DNA of 13,083 nucleotides, from NCBI GenBank assembly GCA_044359815.1, contig JBIKLL010000075.1, forward strand, positions 1-13,083, in the 5' to 3' direction. Every line of letters begins with the position of its first letter. The stretch's first letter is position 1. The position numbers and the translations under genes were made by a program. This document shows positions 1 to 7,938 of the stretch, one piece after another. The notes beneath the pieces were generated by a model. It ran no database searches. It was not told where the DNA came from and worked only from the letters and a program-made list of their open reading frames with translations. Origin of the DNA: Pseudobdellovibrionaceae bacterium (GTDB taxonomy: Bacteria; Bdellovibrionota; Bdellovibrionia; Bdellovibrionales; Bdellovibrionaceae).

Positions 1-59
1 ATTCCACAACATGCAAAGGGACTGGTTGGTAATTTGTAGGTCTAGTTGCGCGACTGACT

Positions 60-86
60 TAAAATTAAATCCATTAATGCCGATAA
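60..86 (+). promoter_or_regulatory. Sigma-28 (FliA)-type promoter
   Basis: TAAA (60-63), exactly 15 nt, then GCCGATAA (79-86): the canonical TAAA-N15-GCCGATAA consensus, ending 7 nt before the ATG at 94. Confidence 0.75.
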
Positions 87-93
87 CTTAGCT

Positions 94-918
94 ATGAATC
101 TGATGTTATCTTACATTGATAATTTGGGTCGCTCAGTGACCTCAAATCTGGATTACACTTTCCGTGTGTTGATGATGGTTTATTTATCCATCCGAGCCAC
201 GGTGATTGATCATTCACAGGGCATTCGCACAATATTTTCAGTGATTGCAACGCAAATTTATTTTACGGGCTGGCAGGCGATGCCGCTGATTTCGGTTTTG
301 TCATTGGCAGCAGGTGCCGTTGTGATTTTGCAATCACAAACTCAGCTGTCGTTGTTGGGTGGTCAAGAAATGATCGGCAATCTGTTGGTTGTGATTATCG
401 TTCGCGAGCTGGGTCCGTTGATTACAGCATTAATTGTTATTGCCCGCAGTGGGACGGCCGTTGCCAGTGAAGTCGGCAATATGAGAGCCAACCGCGAAAT
501 TGAAGCCCTAGAGGTTTTAGGAATCAATCCGCTGAGCTTTATTGTGTTTCCCCGAATCATTGGTGGAGTGATCAGTGTTTTGTGCTTGGCATTTTATTTT
601 AATATGGTGGCGTTGGTCGGCGGATTTTTTATCACCAAACTTATTCAGGATATGCCGCTGACTTTCTATTTTAATTCTTTGGCTCAGGCCATTGCCTTTG
701 AGGACATTTTTCTATTTTTACTGAAAAACACTTTTAGCGGAATTATTATTTTTGTGGTGTCTTGTTATCAGGGTCTCAGCGTCAAGCGCAGCACGACCGA
801 GGTTCCTATTGTGACCACTCAGGCCGTTGTGAACAGCATTATTTATGTTGTTGTATTTAATATGGTCGTAACTGCTTTGTTTTATTTGAAACAATTAATG
901 AAACTGGGGGTTTTGTGA
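94..918 (+). CDS. mlaE: MlaE-family ABC transporter permease (MCE system)
   Basis: 274 aa hydrophobic ORF with MlaE motifs VRELGPLITALIVIARSGTAVASEVGNM and EIEALEVLGINP...FPR; followed by ATPase-fold and MCE genes. Confidence 0.9.
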   Translation: MNLMLSYIDNLGRSVTSNLDYTFRVLMMVYLSIRATVIDHSQGIRTIFSVIATQIYFTGWQAMPLISVLSLAAGAVVILQSQTQLSLLGGQEMIGNLLVVIIVRELGPLITALIVIARSGTAVASEVGNMRANREIEALEVLGINPLSFIVFPRIIGGVISVLCLAFYFNMVALVGGFFITKLIQDMPLTFYFNSLAQAIAFEDIFLFLLKNTFSGIIIFVVSCYQGLSVKRSTTEVPIVTTQAVVNSIIYVVVFNMVVTALFYLKQLMKLGVL

Positions 919-1628
919 GCCCAGGTATGGTGTTACCGCAAATAAATAAAATCAGTTTTGATAATTTATCATTTAGTTTTGAAGGCCAAGATGCTTTGTT
1001 GAAACAAATTAATTTTGAGTTTCCAATAAATCAAGTCTGCTGGATAAGGGCCGAATCAGGCATGGGCAGATCAACAGTGCTGCAGTTATTGGCTGGTTTG
1101 CAAAATCCCTCGCAAGGATTTTACAGAATCAACAACGAAGCCGTTTCAGAAATGAGTTTCGAAGAATTTATTCCTTACAGACTGGTGATTGGCTACGGTT
1201 TTGATTTTGGTGGTTTGATTGCCAATCGGACTCTGACTGAAAATCTGATCTTACCAGTTGTTTATCATAAACTGATGGAACCAGCTCAAGCGATCGACCT
1301 GGCTCATCATTATTTAAACGAGCTTGGCGGTTACAAACACCGTGATATGCGACCGGCTTTTGTTCCAGGTGGATTGAGAAAACTAGTGTGTTTGATCAGG
1401 GCCATCATTCATGAACCACAGATTTTGTTGTTGGACGATCCAACGGTCGGTGTGGGCAATGAAACATTCTTTAAATATTTTGAAATGATTCAAAATTTCA
1501 GAGCCAAAAATAAAATCAATCATGTTTTTATATGTTCTTATGACGAAAAAATAATGAAGCAAATCAATCCAACAGAGATTTTTATAACTGAAAAGACGTT
1601 GCGAAAATCTTTAGGAGAAGCAGCATGA
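915..1628 (+). CDS. MlaF-like ABC ATP-binding protein with degenerate catalytic motifs
   Basis: ABC fold recognisable (AESGMGRST, NRTLTENLILP, RAIIHEPQILLLDDPTVG); GTGA overlap with the mlaE stop; alternative ATG start at 927. Confidence 0.85.
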   Translation: MSPGMVLPQINKISFDNLSFSFEGQDALLKQINFEFPINQVCWIRAESGMGRSTVLQLLAGLQNPSQGFYRINNEAVSEMSFEEFIPYRLVIGYGFDFGGLIANRTLTENLILPVVYHKLMEPAQAIDLAHHYLNELGGYKHRDMRPAFVPGGLRKLVCLIRAIIHEPQILLLDDPTVGVGNETFFKYFEMIQNFRAKNKINHVFICSYDEKIMKQINPTEIFITEKTLRKSLGEAA

Positions 1629-2608
1629 GCGTAGTCAGATTTAATAAATTTGAACGGGTAGCAGGTATTTTTGTCCTGGTTGCAGTCGGTGGATTTTGTT
1701 TTGCCATGGTCGGAGTCGCGATCAAACAAGGTTGGTTTGATAAAAAGATTTATTACACCACAATGTTTCAAGCAGCCGATGGAGTTCATCCAGGCACGGC
1801 GGTTCAGGTTTCAGGTTTGAAGGCAGGAAGCGTTTCCGAAGTGGATTTATTGGCTGATAACAAAGTTCAAGTTCGATTTTATGTGCTAGCAAAATTTCAG
1901 AACAAACTAAAGCAAGATTCCAAGGCCGAGCTGATCAGACCATTTGTGATTGGCGAAAGAGTGCTGGATGTGACTGTGGGAAGCGAGAACTCGGCGCAGC
2001 TGCAGCCAGAGGCTGTCATGGCTTCCAATGAAACGATGGATTTAATGACCCTTATCAGCGGTAAACAGATAGGAACCTATTTGCATTCTGTCAGCGAAAT
2101 GGCAAAAAATCTGCACGAGCTGGCTAAGGCCTTTTTGGATAAGGATCGCACGCAAACCATCATCAGTATGTTTGATAAGATTGATCCACTTATTAAAAAT
2201 TTAAATTCAATGTCAGTCGAGGTCATCAAGCTTTCCAAACAAGCCACCGGCGATGAAAAACTGGGAAATGTTTTAGGCGAGCTGGTTGTGACCACAAAAG
2301 AACTTAATAAAATCATACCCGAAATGAACGCTCAGGCTCCGCAGATGGCCAAGGACCTAAGCCAAATCGTCAGCAATCTGTCGGTGCTGACTCAGGAGTT
2401 CAAAGTTTTCATCCCGGCCTTGCAGGCGATTGCGCCCAGTTTGCCAGCAGCCAGCAAGCGTGCTGTCGAAGCTTTGGATGAAGCTGTGGTTTTAATCAAA
2501 GCCATGCAGAGGACATTCTTTGTCAAGGGATCGGCCAGTGAGGTTCGCGAAGAAGAAGCTCAGCGTGACAAGAAAAATAGATTGCCTGCGGATTCCAGTG
2601 GCGAATAA
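1625..2608 (+). CDS. mlaD: MlaD/MCE-domain protein with helical C-terminal extension
   Basis: N-terminal TM anchor, MCE motif ADGVHPGTAVQVSGLKAGSV and IGERVLDVTVG, long helical tail; ATGA overlap with the upstream stop. Confidence 0.88.
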   Translation: MSVVRFNKFERVAGIFVLVAVGGFCFAMVGVAIKQGWFDKKIYYTTMFQAADGVHPGTAVQVSGLKAGSVSEVDLLADNKVQVRFYVLAKFQNKLKQDSKAELIRPFVIGERVLDVTVGSENSAQLQPEAVMASNETMDLMTLISGKQIGTYLHSVSEMAKNLHELAKAFLDKDRTQTIISMFDKIDPLIKNLNSMSVEVIKLSKQATGDEKLGNVLGELVVTTKELNKIIPEMNAQAPQMAKDLSQIVSNLSVLTQEFKVFIPALQAIAPSLPAASKRAVEALDEAVVLIKAMQRTFFVKGSASEVREEEAQRDKKNRLPADSSGE

Positions 2609-2618
2609 ATTGTCCTGA

Positions 2619-3818
2619 GTGACATATTTATTTTTAAGTCGATTTTTATTTTCAAAAAAAGCTGGCAGTATCATCAGATCGATTGCTTGGCTGACGCTTT
2701 CTGCAAATTTTATATCGGTGGCAGCATTGATTGTGGTCTTGAGCGTGATGACAGCCTTGAATGAAAACATCGAACAACGAACCTTGAGGGTCGAACCCCA
2801 TTTAACCGTGACCTTTCCTGGAAATCGCAATCACACATTGGTAAAAGCAGACCCCGTAGTGGCTAAATTTTCTGATTTAGGTTTGACCACAGAGTTTTTT
2901 GAACGACAGGATGTGATTATTAAAACCAACGATGGTCGGTTTCGCGGCGCCATGGCCGTTGGTTTAGATCAACAAGGTTTGGTGGATTTTTTTAAAAGAC
3001 TTAGTAAGCCAGAATTAATGCCAGAGACTATGGAGACCGACGACATTATCGTGGGCTCAGATTTGGCGGCATCATTGGGGTTGTTCGAAGGTGATATGAT
3101 AACTCTGTTTCCACCGGAAAATCTGCTGGTTAGTTTGGGTGAGGCTTTACAGTTTGATCGGGCCAGGGTGGCCAAGATTGTGACCACGGACATTGCCGAT
3201 GTGGATGGGCAAATGATGATTTTTGATCACAAAAAGTCTTTGGCAAAGTTAAGGGGATCGCCGACCAAGATTTTAGGATATAATCTGTGGCTTAAAAGTC
3301 CCAACAAGGTCGATCAAATTAAAAAAACATTAATGGGGTTTCAGAACGTATCCGTCGAAACCTGGAAAGAGCGAAACGCCGCTTTGTTGATGTCGCTGCG
3401 TCTGGAAAAAATGATGATCACAATATTTTTGTCTTTGGCGTCGTTGATTGCGGGTATCTCTATGATTTCGGCATTGGTTTTATTGATTTCGCAAAAGCGC
3501 AAAGAAATTGCCATTATGCAAACCATGGGTTTTTCGCGGGCCAATGTGCAAAAATTGTTTTTTAAGATGGGATTTTATTTAGCGTCGTCTGGATTGGTTG
3601 TCGGAGTTGTCATTGGCACCAGCATCAGTCTTTATTTGCAGTGGTTTCCATTACATATTTTGCCTGATATCTATTACGATGCCAGTATCGAGGCCTCGGT
3701 GCGACCTAAGTTTGTTGTTTCAGTGATGATGATAGGTCTGATTGTTTCAGCCGCAGGATCCTATTGGGTTTCCAAGCAAACCCTGCAAACCTCGATCCGA
3801 AACCTCCTCCAAAAGTAA
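2619..3818 (+). CDS. LolC/LolE-like (FtsX/MacB family) permease
   Basis: 399 aa; ALIVVLSVM...EPHL, TWKERNAALLMSLRLEKMM and QKRKEIAIMQTMG are typical of LolC/E; 1+3 TM layout; GTG start 10 nt after mlaD. Confidence 0.85.
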   Translation: MTYLFLSRFLFSKKAGSIIRSIAWLTLSANFISVAALIVVLSVMTALNENIEQRTLRVEPHLTVTFPGNRNHTLVKADPVVAKFSDLGLTTEFFERQDVIIKTNDGRFRGAMAVGLDQQGLVDFFKRLSKPELMPETMETDDIIVGSDLAASLGLFEGDMITLFPPENLLVSLGEALQFDRARVAKIVTTDIADVDGQMMIFDHKKSLAKLRGSPTKILGYNLWLKSPNKVDQIKKTLMGFQNVSVETWKERNAALLMSLRLEKMMITIFLSLASLIAGISMISALVLLISQKRKEIAIMQTMGFSRANVQKLFFKMGFYLASSGLVVGVVIGTSISLYLQWFPLHILPDIYYDASIEASVRPKFVVSVMMIGLIVSAAGSYWVSKQTLQTSIRNLLQK

Positions 3819-4219
3819 AAAGAGACCGTGCGCCTTTTTCTGTCTACAGTGCAGAAAAAGTGAGACTAACTTTGCTGCATACAGTTTTCGGTAAAGTTCT
3901 AAAACTCCGATCAGATCCCGTTTGCCATTTACAAGAAAATCCAAATTCGTATCCTTAAAAACTCAAACAGCGGGCGCAAAGCTGCGCTCATTTAAGTCAT
4001 AAATACATGCAAATCATCCGCGCAGCTTCACGTCCGAACTCGTTTTTAAGGATACGAATTTGGATTTTTTTAAAATGGCAAAAGGATTTGATTGAGGCGT
4101 TAGCACTTTATCATGCGCTGTAGACAGAAATAGGCGTACGGTCTCTTTTACGCTGTTGAAAGCAAAGTCGGTCTCACATTTTCTGCGCTGTAGACAGAAA
4201 AAGTCGTACGGTCTCTTTT
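3818..4219. repeat. Nested ~400 bp palindromic element (hairpin element copy 1)
   Basis: Outer IR 3818-3884/4153-4219 (57/67 match); perfect 27 bp IR 3936-3962/4042-4068; inner stem aagctgcgc/gcgcagctt 3979-3987/4020-4028; 36 bp direct repeat 4114-4149/4184-4219 (34/36). Fills the gap between two convergent stop codons. Confidence 0.9.
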
Positions 4220-4223
4220 CGAT

Positions 4224-5033
4224 TTAGGCGATGTTGAAGTCTCGTAGGGCTTGGTTCAGGCTGGTTTTCAGATCGGTGCTGGGTTTTCGCTGACCGATTA
4301 TTAAGGCACAATTTACGTTATAAGTTCCAGCGGGATATTGTTTCGGGAAACTCCCGGGGATCACCACAGAATTTTTAGGAATCACGCCAGAATAGGTTTT
4401 ACCCTCAGCTGTGGTCACATCAATTATTTTTGTGGATCCCGTGATGGTCACTCCGGCTCCGATCACGGCGCCTTCTTGAATGTAAGCCCCTTCAACAATA
4501 ATGGATCTGCTGCCAACGAAGACATTATCTTCGATAATCACAGGGCTTGCTTGCAGTGGCTCCAGAACTCCGCCGATGCCGACTCCTCCTGATAAATGCA
4601 CATTCTTGCCAATCTGAGCACAGGATCCCACCGTCGCCCAAGTATCAACCATGGTGCCTGATCCTACATAGGCGCCGATGTTAACCAGTGATGGCATCAT
4701 CACGCAGCCAGATTCTAAAAAACTGCCGTATCTGGCAATGGCGCCAGGGACTGCGCGGACACCATCATGGGCTGAAAAAACCTTTAAGGGGATTTTATCA
4801 AAAAATTGCCACTCGCCTTGACCCATGGGTTTTATGGTTTTGATTTTAAAATATAACAGGATTGCTTTTTTAACCCATTCATTGATTTGCCAAGGGCGAT
4901 TTTGATCGCCAGATTTTTGGGCAACACGGACTTTACCTGAATTGATTTGTTCAAGGACCTGATTAATAACGGCTTCGTCATCCGCCGACAGAGCTGATTG
5001 ATTGTCGAAAATTTTATTGATTCTATCTTGCAT
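4224..5033 (-). CDS. dapD: 2,3,4,5-tetrahydropyridine-2,6-dicarboxylate N-succinyltransferase
   Basis: WVKKAILLYF, FDKIPLK, MPSLVNIGAYV, DTWATVGSCAQIGKNVHLSGGVGIGGVLEP, KTSLNQALR. Confidence 0.96.
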   Translation of the reverse strand: MQDRINKIFDNQSALSADDEAVINQVLEQINSGKVRVAQKSGDQNRPWQINEWVKKAILLYFKIKTIKPMGQGEWQFFDKIPLKVFSAHDGVRAVPGAIARYGSFLESGCVMMPSLVNIGAYVGSGTMVDTWATVGSCAQIGKNVHLSGGVGIGGVLEPLQASPVIIEDNVFVGSRSIIVEGAYIQEGAVIGAGVTITGSTKIIDVTTAEGKTYSGVIPKNSVVIPGSFPKQYPAGTYNVNCALIIGQRKPSTDLKTSLNQALRDFNIA

Positions 5034-5685
5034 GCAATTTTTCCGTGACCTTTAGTGAATCCATTATGGCTGATATGTGCAATTTTAAAACATCTTTAGG
5101 TTTAGAATCTTTTTGAATTTCATAGGTCAGTGTGGGGATTCCATTTTCAATACCAGCATAGGTTCCAAGGCTTCCAGGTGTAGGGTAGCCAATGTCGTCA
5201 GAAATTTTGTAGCCTGTGTGTTTTGCCAAAACCTCGGCCTGAGCCAAGCAATCACCATTCACATTTAAAACAGGCTCCCATGAATGCAAAGTCAAAAGCC
5301 AAACAGGTTTGTGTTTTTTCAAAAACAGCACCAGTGCTTGGTTTTCGCTTTCGCTGTTGGCCGAGGGGCCAGGATTATATCTGGGTTTTGCTGCCACAGG
5401 ATTCCAGTCCTTGGTGGGCAGATTTCGATTCAGGTCCACGCCGTTGCCGTTGGTTCTGTTGTGGTACAAAACCCCGTCAGGATTAAATACGGGAACTAAA
5501 GTGATATTCAGATTCAGATTATAGTTTTGCAAAAAAACTTCCATCAATCCGTTGGCAGCTGTAACGCCTTCGGGTTCATCGCCATGAACTCCGCCCAAAA
5601 TTAAAACCTCAGGGCCTTTTCCGTTAAATCGGTAGCCCCACACGGGCAGATTCTGAGACGAAGTCGCAAATTTAAAAACTTCCAT
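5023..5685 (-). CDS. mpaA: M14 zinc peptidase, murein tripeptide amidase MpaA-like
   Basis: GGVHGDEPEG (HxxE), NPDG, NGVDLNRN, LTLHS, IGYPTPGSLGTYAG, TYE; no signal peptide; overlaps the dapD start by 11 nt. Confidence 0.85.
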   Translation of the reverse strand: MEVFKFATSSQNLPVWGYRFNGKGPEVLILGGVHGDEPEGVTAANGLMEVFLQNYNLNLNITLVPVFNPDGVLYHNRTNGNGVDLNRNLPTKDWNPVAAKPRYNPGPSANSESENQALVLFLKKHKPVWLLTLHSWEPVLNVNGDCLAQAEVLAKHTGYKISDDIGYPTPGSLGTYAGIENGIPTLTYEIQKDSKPKDVLKLHISAIMDSLKVTEKLHAR

Positions 5686-5729
5686 AAAAACCTCTTGATC
5701 CCACAGGGACCCTTCAATACAGTTTTTCT

Positions 5730-6926
5730 ATGCCATCAGACAAATCAAAAAAACCACAAGCGGATGTGTCCTTGGATTACCTTAAGCAAAATCTTTGTCT
5801 TAATGGCAAATCACTGGCTCCATTTTTAAAGCAGGCACCTTGTTATGTCTATTCTAAATCAGCCTTAATGAGTCGAATCATTCAGTTTAAAAAAGCTTTG
5901 GGATTTTTGCATCAGACCCAGATTCACTATGCGATGAAGGCTAATTCTAATCAGCAGATTTTAAAAATCATTAAATCACAAAAACTAGGTGTGGATGTGG
6001 TCAGTGGGGGCGAGCTTCGACTGGCCCTAAAAGCCGGAGTTAAGGCTGATGATATTGTGTTTTCTGGTGTCGGCAAAACCAAAGACGAAATTAAATTTGC
6101 CGCATCCAAAAAAATCTCAAGCCTCAATGTGGAAAGTATCCCAGAATTAAAGCGTATAATGAGTCTGGCGCCACGTTCAAAAATTTTACTCAGATTCAAT
6201 CCCGATGTGAACCCAGTAACCCATCCCTATATTTCAACCGGGTTTAAGGAAAATAAATTTGGAATGGCTTTGGCTGAAATCAATGACTGTGCCCAGATTT
6301 TAAAATCCCGGCCCGAAATGCTCAAAGGGATATCCATTCATATTGGCTCGCAATTGACTGATTTTGATGCTTTTGAAGAAGCTTTAGTAAAAGCCCTGAG
6401 GCTTTACAGTGATTTAAAAAAAATGGGATTTGCAGTCGACACATTGGATGTCGGTGGTGGAGTCGGCATAAAATACGATCAGGAAGCATCGGCTGATTGG
6501 GTTCATTTTGATAAATACATCGCGGTTTTAAAAAAGCATTTGCATGATTTCAAGGACACGGTGGCCTTTGAGCCTGGCAGATTTTTAGTGGCTCGATGTG
6601 GGGTTTTGATCACCGAGGTTCAATACATCAAAAAGACCGAGCACAAAGAATTTGTGATCGTAAATTCGGGAATGAATCATTTAATCAGACCAGCATTGTA
6701 TGAGGCCTACCACAGGATTTTTGCATTAAAGGCTAATTCTGATTCGCAAAAAGTTGTGGATGTGGTGGGACCTGTTTGTGAATCCAGTGATTTTTTTGCT
6801 AAATCCAGATTGTTGCCACCATTTAGCGAAGGCGATGGGTTGGTGTTAGCGGATTCGGGTGCCTACGGAATGAGTATGGCCAGCGGCTACAACAGCTTTC
6901 AATATCCCAAAGAATTTATCGTTTAA
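5730..6926 (+). CDS. lysA: Diaminopimelate decarboxylase
   Basis: YAMKANSN (PLP lysine), DVVSGGEL, THPYISTG..ENKFG, HIGSQL, EPGRFLV, IRPALYEAYH, VGPVCESSD, GAYG. Confidence 0.97.
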   Translation: MPSDKSKKPQADVSLDYLKQNLCLNGKSLAPFLKQAPCYVYSKSALMSRIIQFKKALGFLHQTQIHYAMKANSNQQILKIIKSQKLGVDVVSGGELRLALKAGVKADDIVFSGVGKTKDEIKFAASKKISSLNVESIPELKRIMSLAPRSKILLRFNPDVNPVTHPYISTGFKENKFGMALAEINDCAQILKSRPEMLKGISIHIGSQLTDFDAFEEALVKALRLYSDLKKMGFAVDTLDVGGGVGIKYDQEASADWVHFDKYIAVLKKHLHDFKDTVAFEPGRFLVARCGVLITEVQYIKKTEHKEFVIVNSGMNHLIRPALYEAYHRIFALKANSDSQKVVDVVGPVCESSDFFAKSRLLPPFSEGDGLVLADSGAYGMSMASGYNSFQYPKEFIV

Positions 6927-6990
6927 TCCTGGCGGCGATTGCTCGCAGCCACGCGACTGCATTATTGCAGTTGCTTAAATCACCAAAACC

Positions 6991-7020
6991 GCCTTCACTT
7001 TCCCCGGGGAAAGTGAAGGC
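6991..7020. repeat. Perfect 30 bp palindrome containing the 20 bp core CACTTTCCCCGGGGAAAGTG (copy P1)
   Basis: gccttcactttcccc|ggggaaagtgaaggc is its own reverse complement; core at 6996-7015. Confidence 0.95.
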
Positions 7021-7035
7021 TGGGAACATCAAGCT

Positions 7036-7125
7036 TCAGACAATGAGTGACTGTGCCCAAGCATTTATTTGTCTTCCTAAATTAAGTGCTGAATCCAAAT
7101 CTTGTTCGCTAAGAACCTGTTGGCC
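7036..7125 (-). pseudogene. 3' remnant of a HEPN gene allele
   Basis: Translates to GQQVLSEQDLDSALNLGRQINAWAQSLIV*, against GYQVLSEQDLDSALNLGRQINAWAKSLIV* at the end of the intact HEPN gene; in-frame stop just upstream. Confidence 0.85.
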
Positions 7126-7146
7126 TATTCAGTTTGGGAAAAAAGA

Positions 7147-7419
7147 TTAACCAGCTTTGTTTCTTCTTATGTGGTTTTCCATCATAATTCGCATAAATTT
7201 TTGGTAATCAAGACCAAGCTTTTTAGCTTCGTCTTTAATGCCTTTGAGCAGTTCTTTGCTCATTCGTATAGTGATAGTCTCAGTTTTTGGTTTGGTAAGT
7301 TCAAATCGTGCCACTTTCCAGTCAGCATCAATCATCATTTCGCTTAAATCACCAGCCAATGGGTCGTCAAATAAGTTTGTTTTTTTACTCTTCAAGGAGC
7401 TTTTTCCTGATTTCTTCAT
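7147..7419 (-). CDS. BrnA/CopG-like antitoxin (C-terminal ribbon-helix-helix)
   Basis: C-terminal KTETITIRMSKELLKGIKDEAKKLGLDYQKFMR is typical of RHH antitoxins. Likely start ATG 7419 with AGAGGA upstream (the ORF track extends to 7461). Overlaps the toxin 3' end. Confidence 0.82.
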   Translation of the reverse strand: MKKSGKSSLKSKKTNLFDDPLAGDLSEMMIDADWKVARFELTKPKTETITIRMSKELLKGIKDEAKKLGLDYQKFMRIMMENHIRRNKAG

Positions 7420-7714
7420 AAACTTTTTCCTCTTTACTTCCTCTGTGTATGTGCCTTGCACTTATTGGTCTAATTAACCTGTCTGTGCCAACAGTTCTTA
7501 TCGTGAAAGCTACAAAAGCAAACCTTTTAGGTTCAATTTCACCAACAGCAATCCATCTTTTTTCACTGCTGGTGTTTTTGGTATCCAGAAAATATAGTAA
7601 TTCCTGCTCAAAAAATTTCTCTATGGCTTCAAATGCAATATCATGGTGTTGAGCATGTAGGAAGTTTCCATAATCCCAGTCAAATCCTTCATACTGTATT
7701 TTCTCTTGCTTCAC
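7385..7714 (-). CDS. brnT: BrnT-family ribonuclease toxin
   Basis: FDWDYGN...HDIAFE, EKRWIAVG, VAFTIR, IRPISAR match the BrnT pattern. Start placed at GTG 7714 from the promoter position; ATG 7738 is possible. Confidence 0.88.
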   Translation of the reverse strand: MKQEKIQYEGFDWDYGNFLHAQHHDIAFEAIEKFFEQELLYFLDTKNTSSEKRWIAVGEIEPKRFAFVAFTIRTVGTDRLIRPISARHIHRGSKEEKVYEEIRKKLLEE

Positions 7715-7721
7715 AGAGGTA

Positions 7722-7758
7722 AGGATAACAAAATGCATAACAAATGTAAATACAAATG
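7722..7758 (-). promoter_or_regulatory. Sigma-70-like promoter of brnTA overlapped by three tandem repeats (probable autoregulatory operator)
   Basis: Minus strand TTTACA (7750-7745), 17 nt, TATCCT (7727-7722) with an extended TG; repeats ATAACAAAATG, ATAACAAATG and ATACAAATG at 7725, 7737 and 7750 on +. Confidence 0.55.
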
Positions 7759-7821
7759 TTTTTTTAAAGCAAATAGACTAGAAAAATCAGCTGTTTAAAA
7801 TAATAATTGGTATCAAGACAA

Positions 7822-7924
7822 GATGCCCGCTGTTCGAGTTTTAAAGTAAAGGCATATATATATTTTTGTCTGGTTAAGTTTCAACCAAACAGGATGTCAC
7901 TTTCCCCGGGGAAAGTGGGGGACA
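7822..7924. repeat. Truncated half-copy of hairpin element copy 2 plus palindrome P2 (7898-7917)
   Basis: Ungapped direct repeat of 8884-8986 (about 88/103; first 35 bp identical). The matching left arm is absent. Confidence 0.9.
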
Positions 7925-7938
7925 GGGAACATCAAGCT

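Noticed and set aside
3747..3958. Small ORFs 3747-3944 (-) and 3764-3958 (+), and similarly 6965-7150 (+)
   Set aside because: They overlap real genes and repeat DNA and have no recognisable protein features.
6991..7020. Perfect palindrome as a protelomerase (tel) site
   Set aside because: Short, multicopy within 2 kb, and no protelomerase or phage genes in the window.
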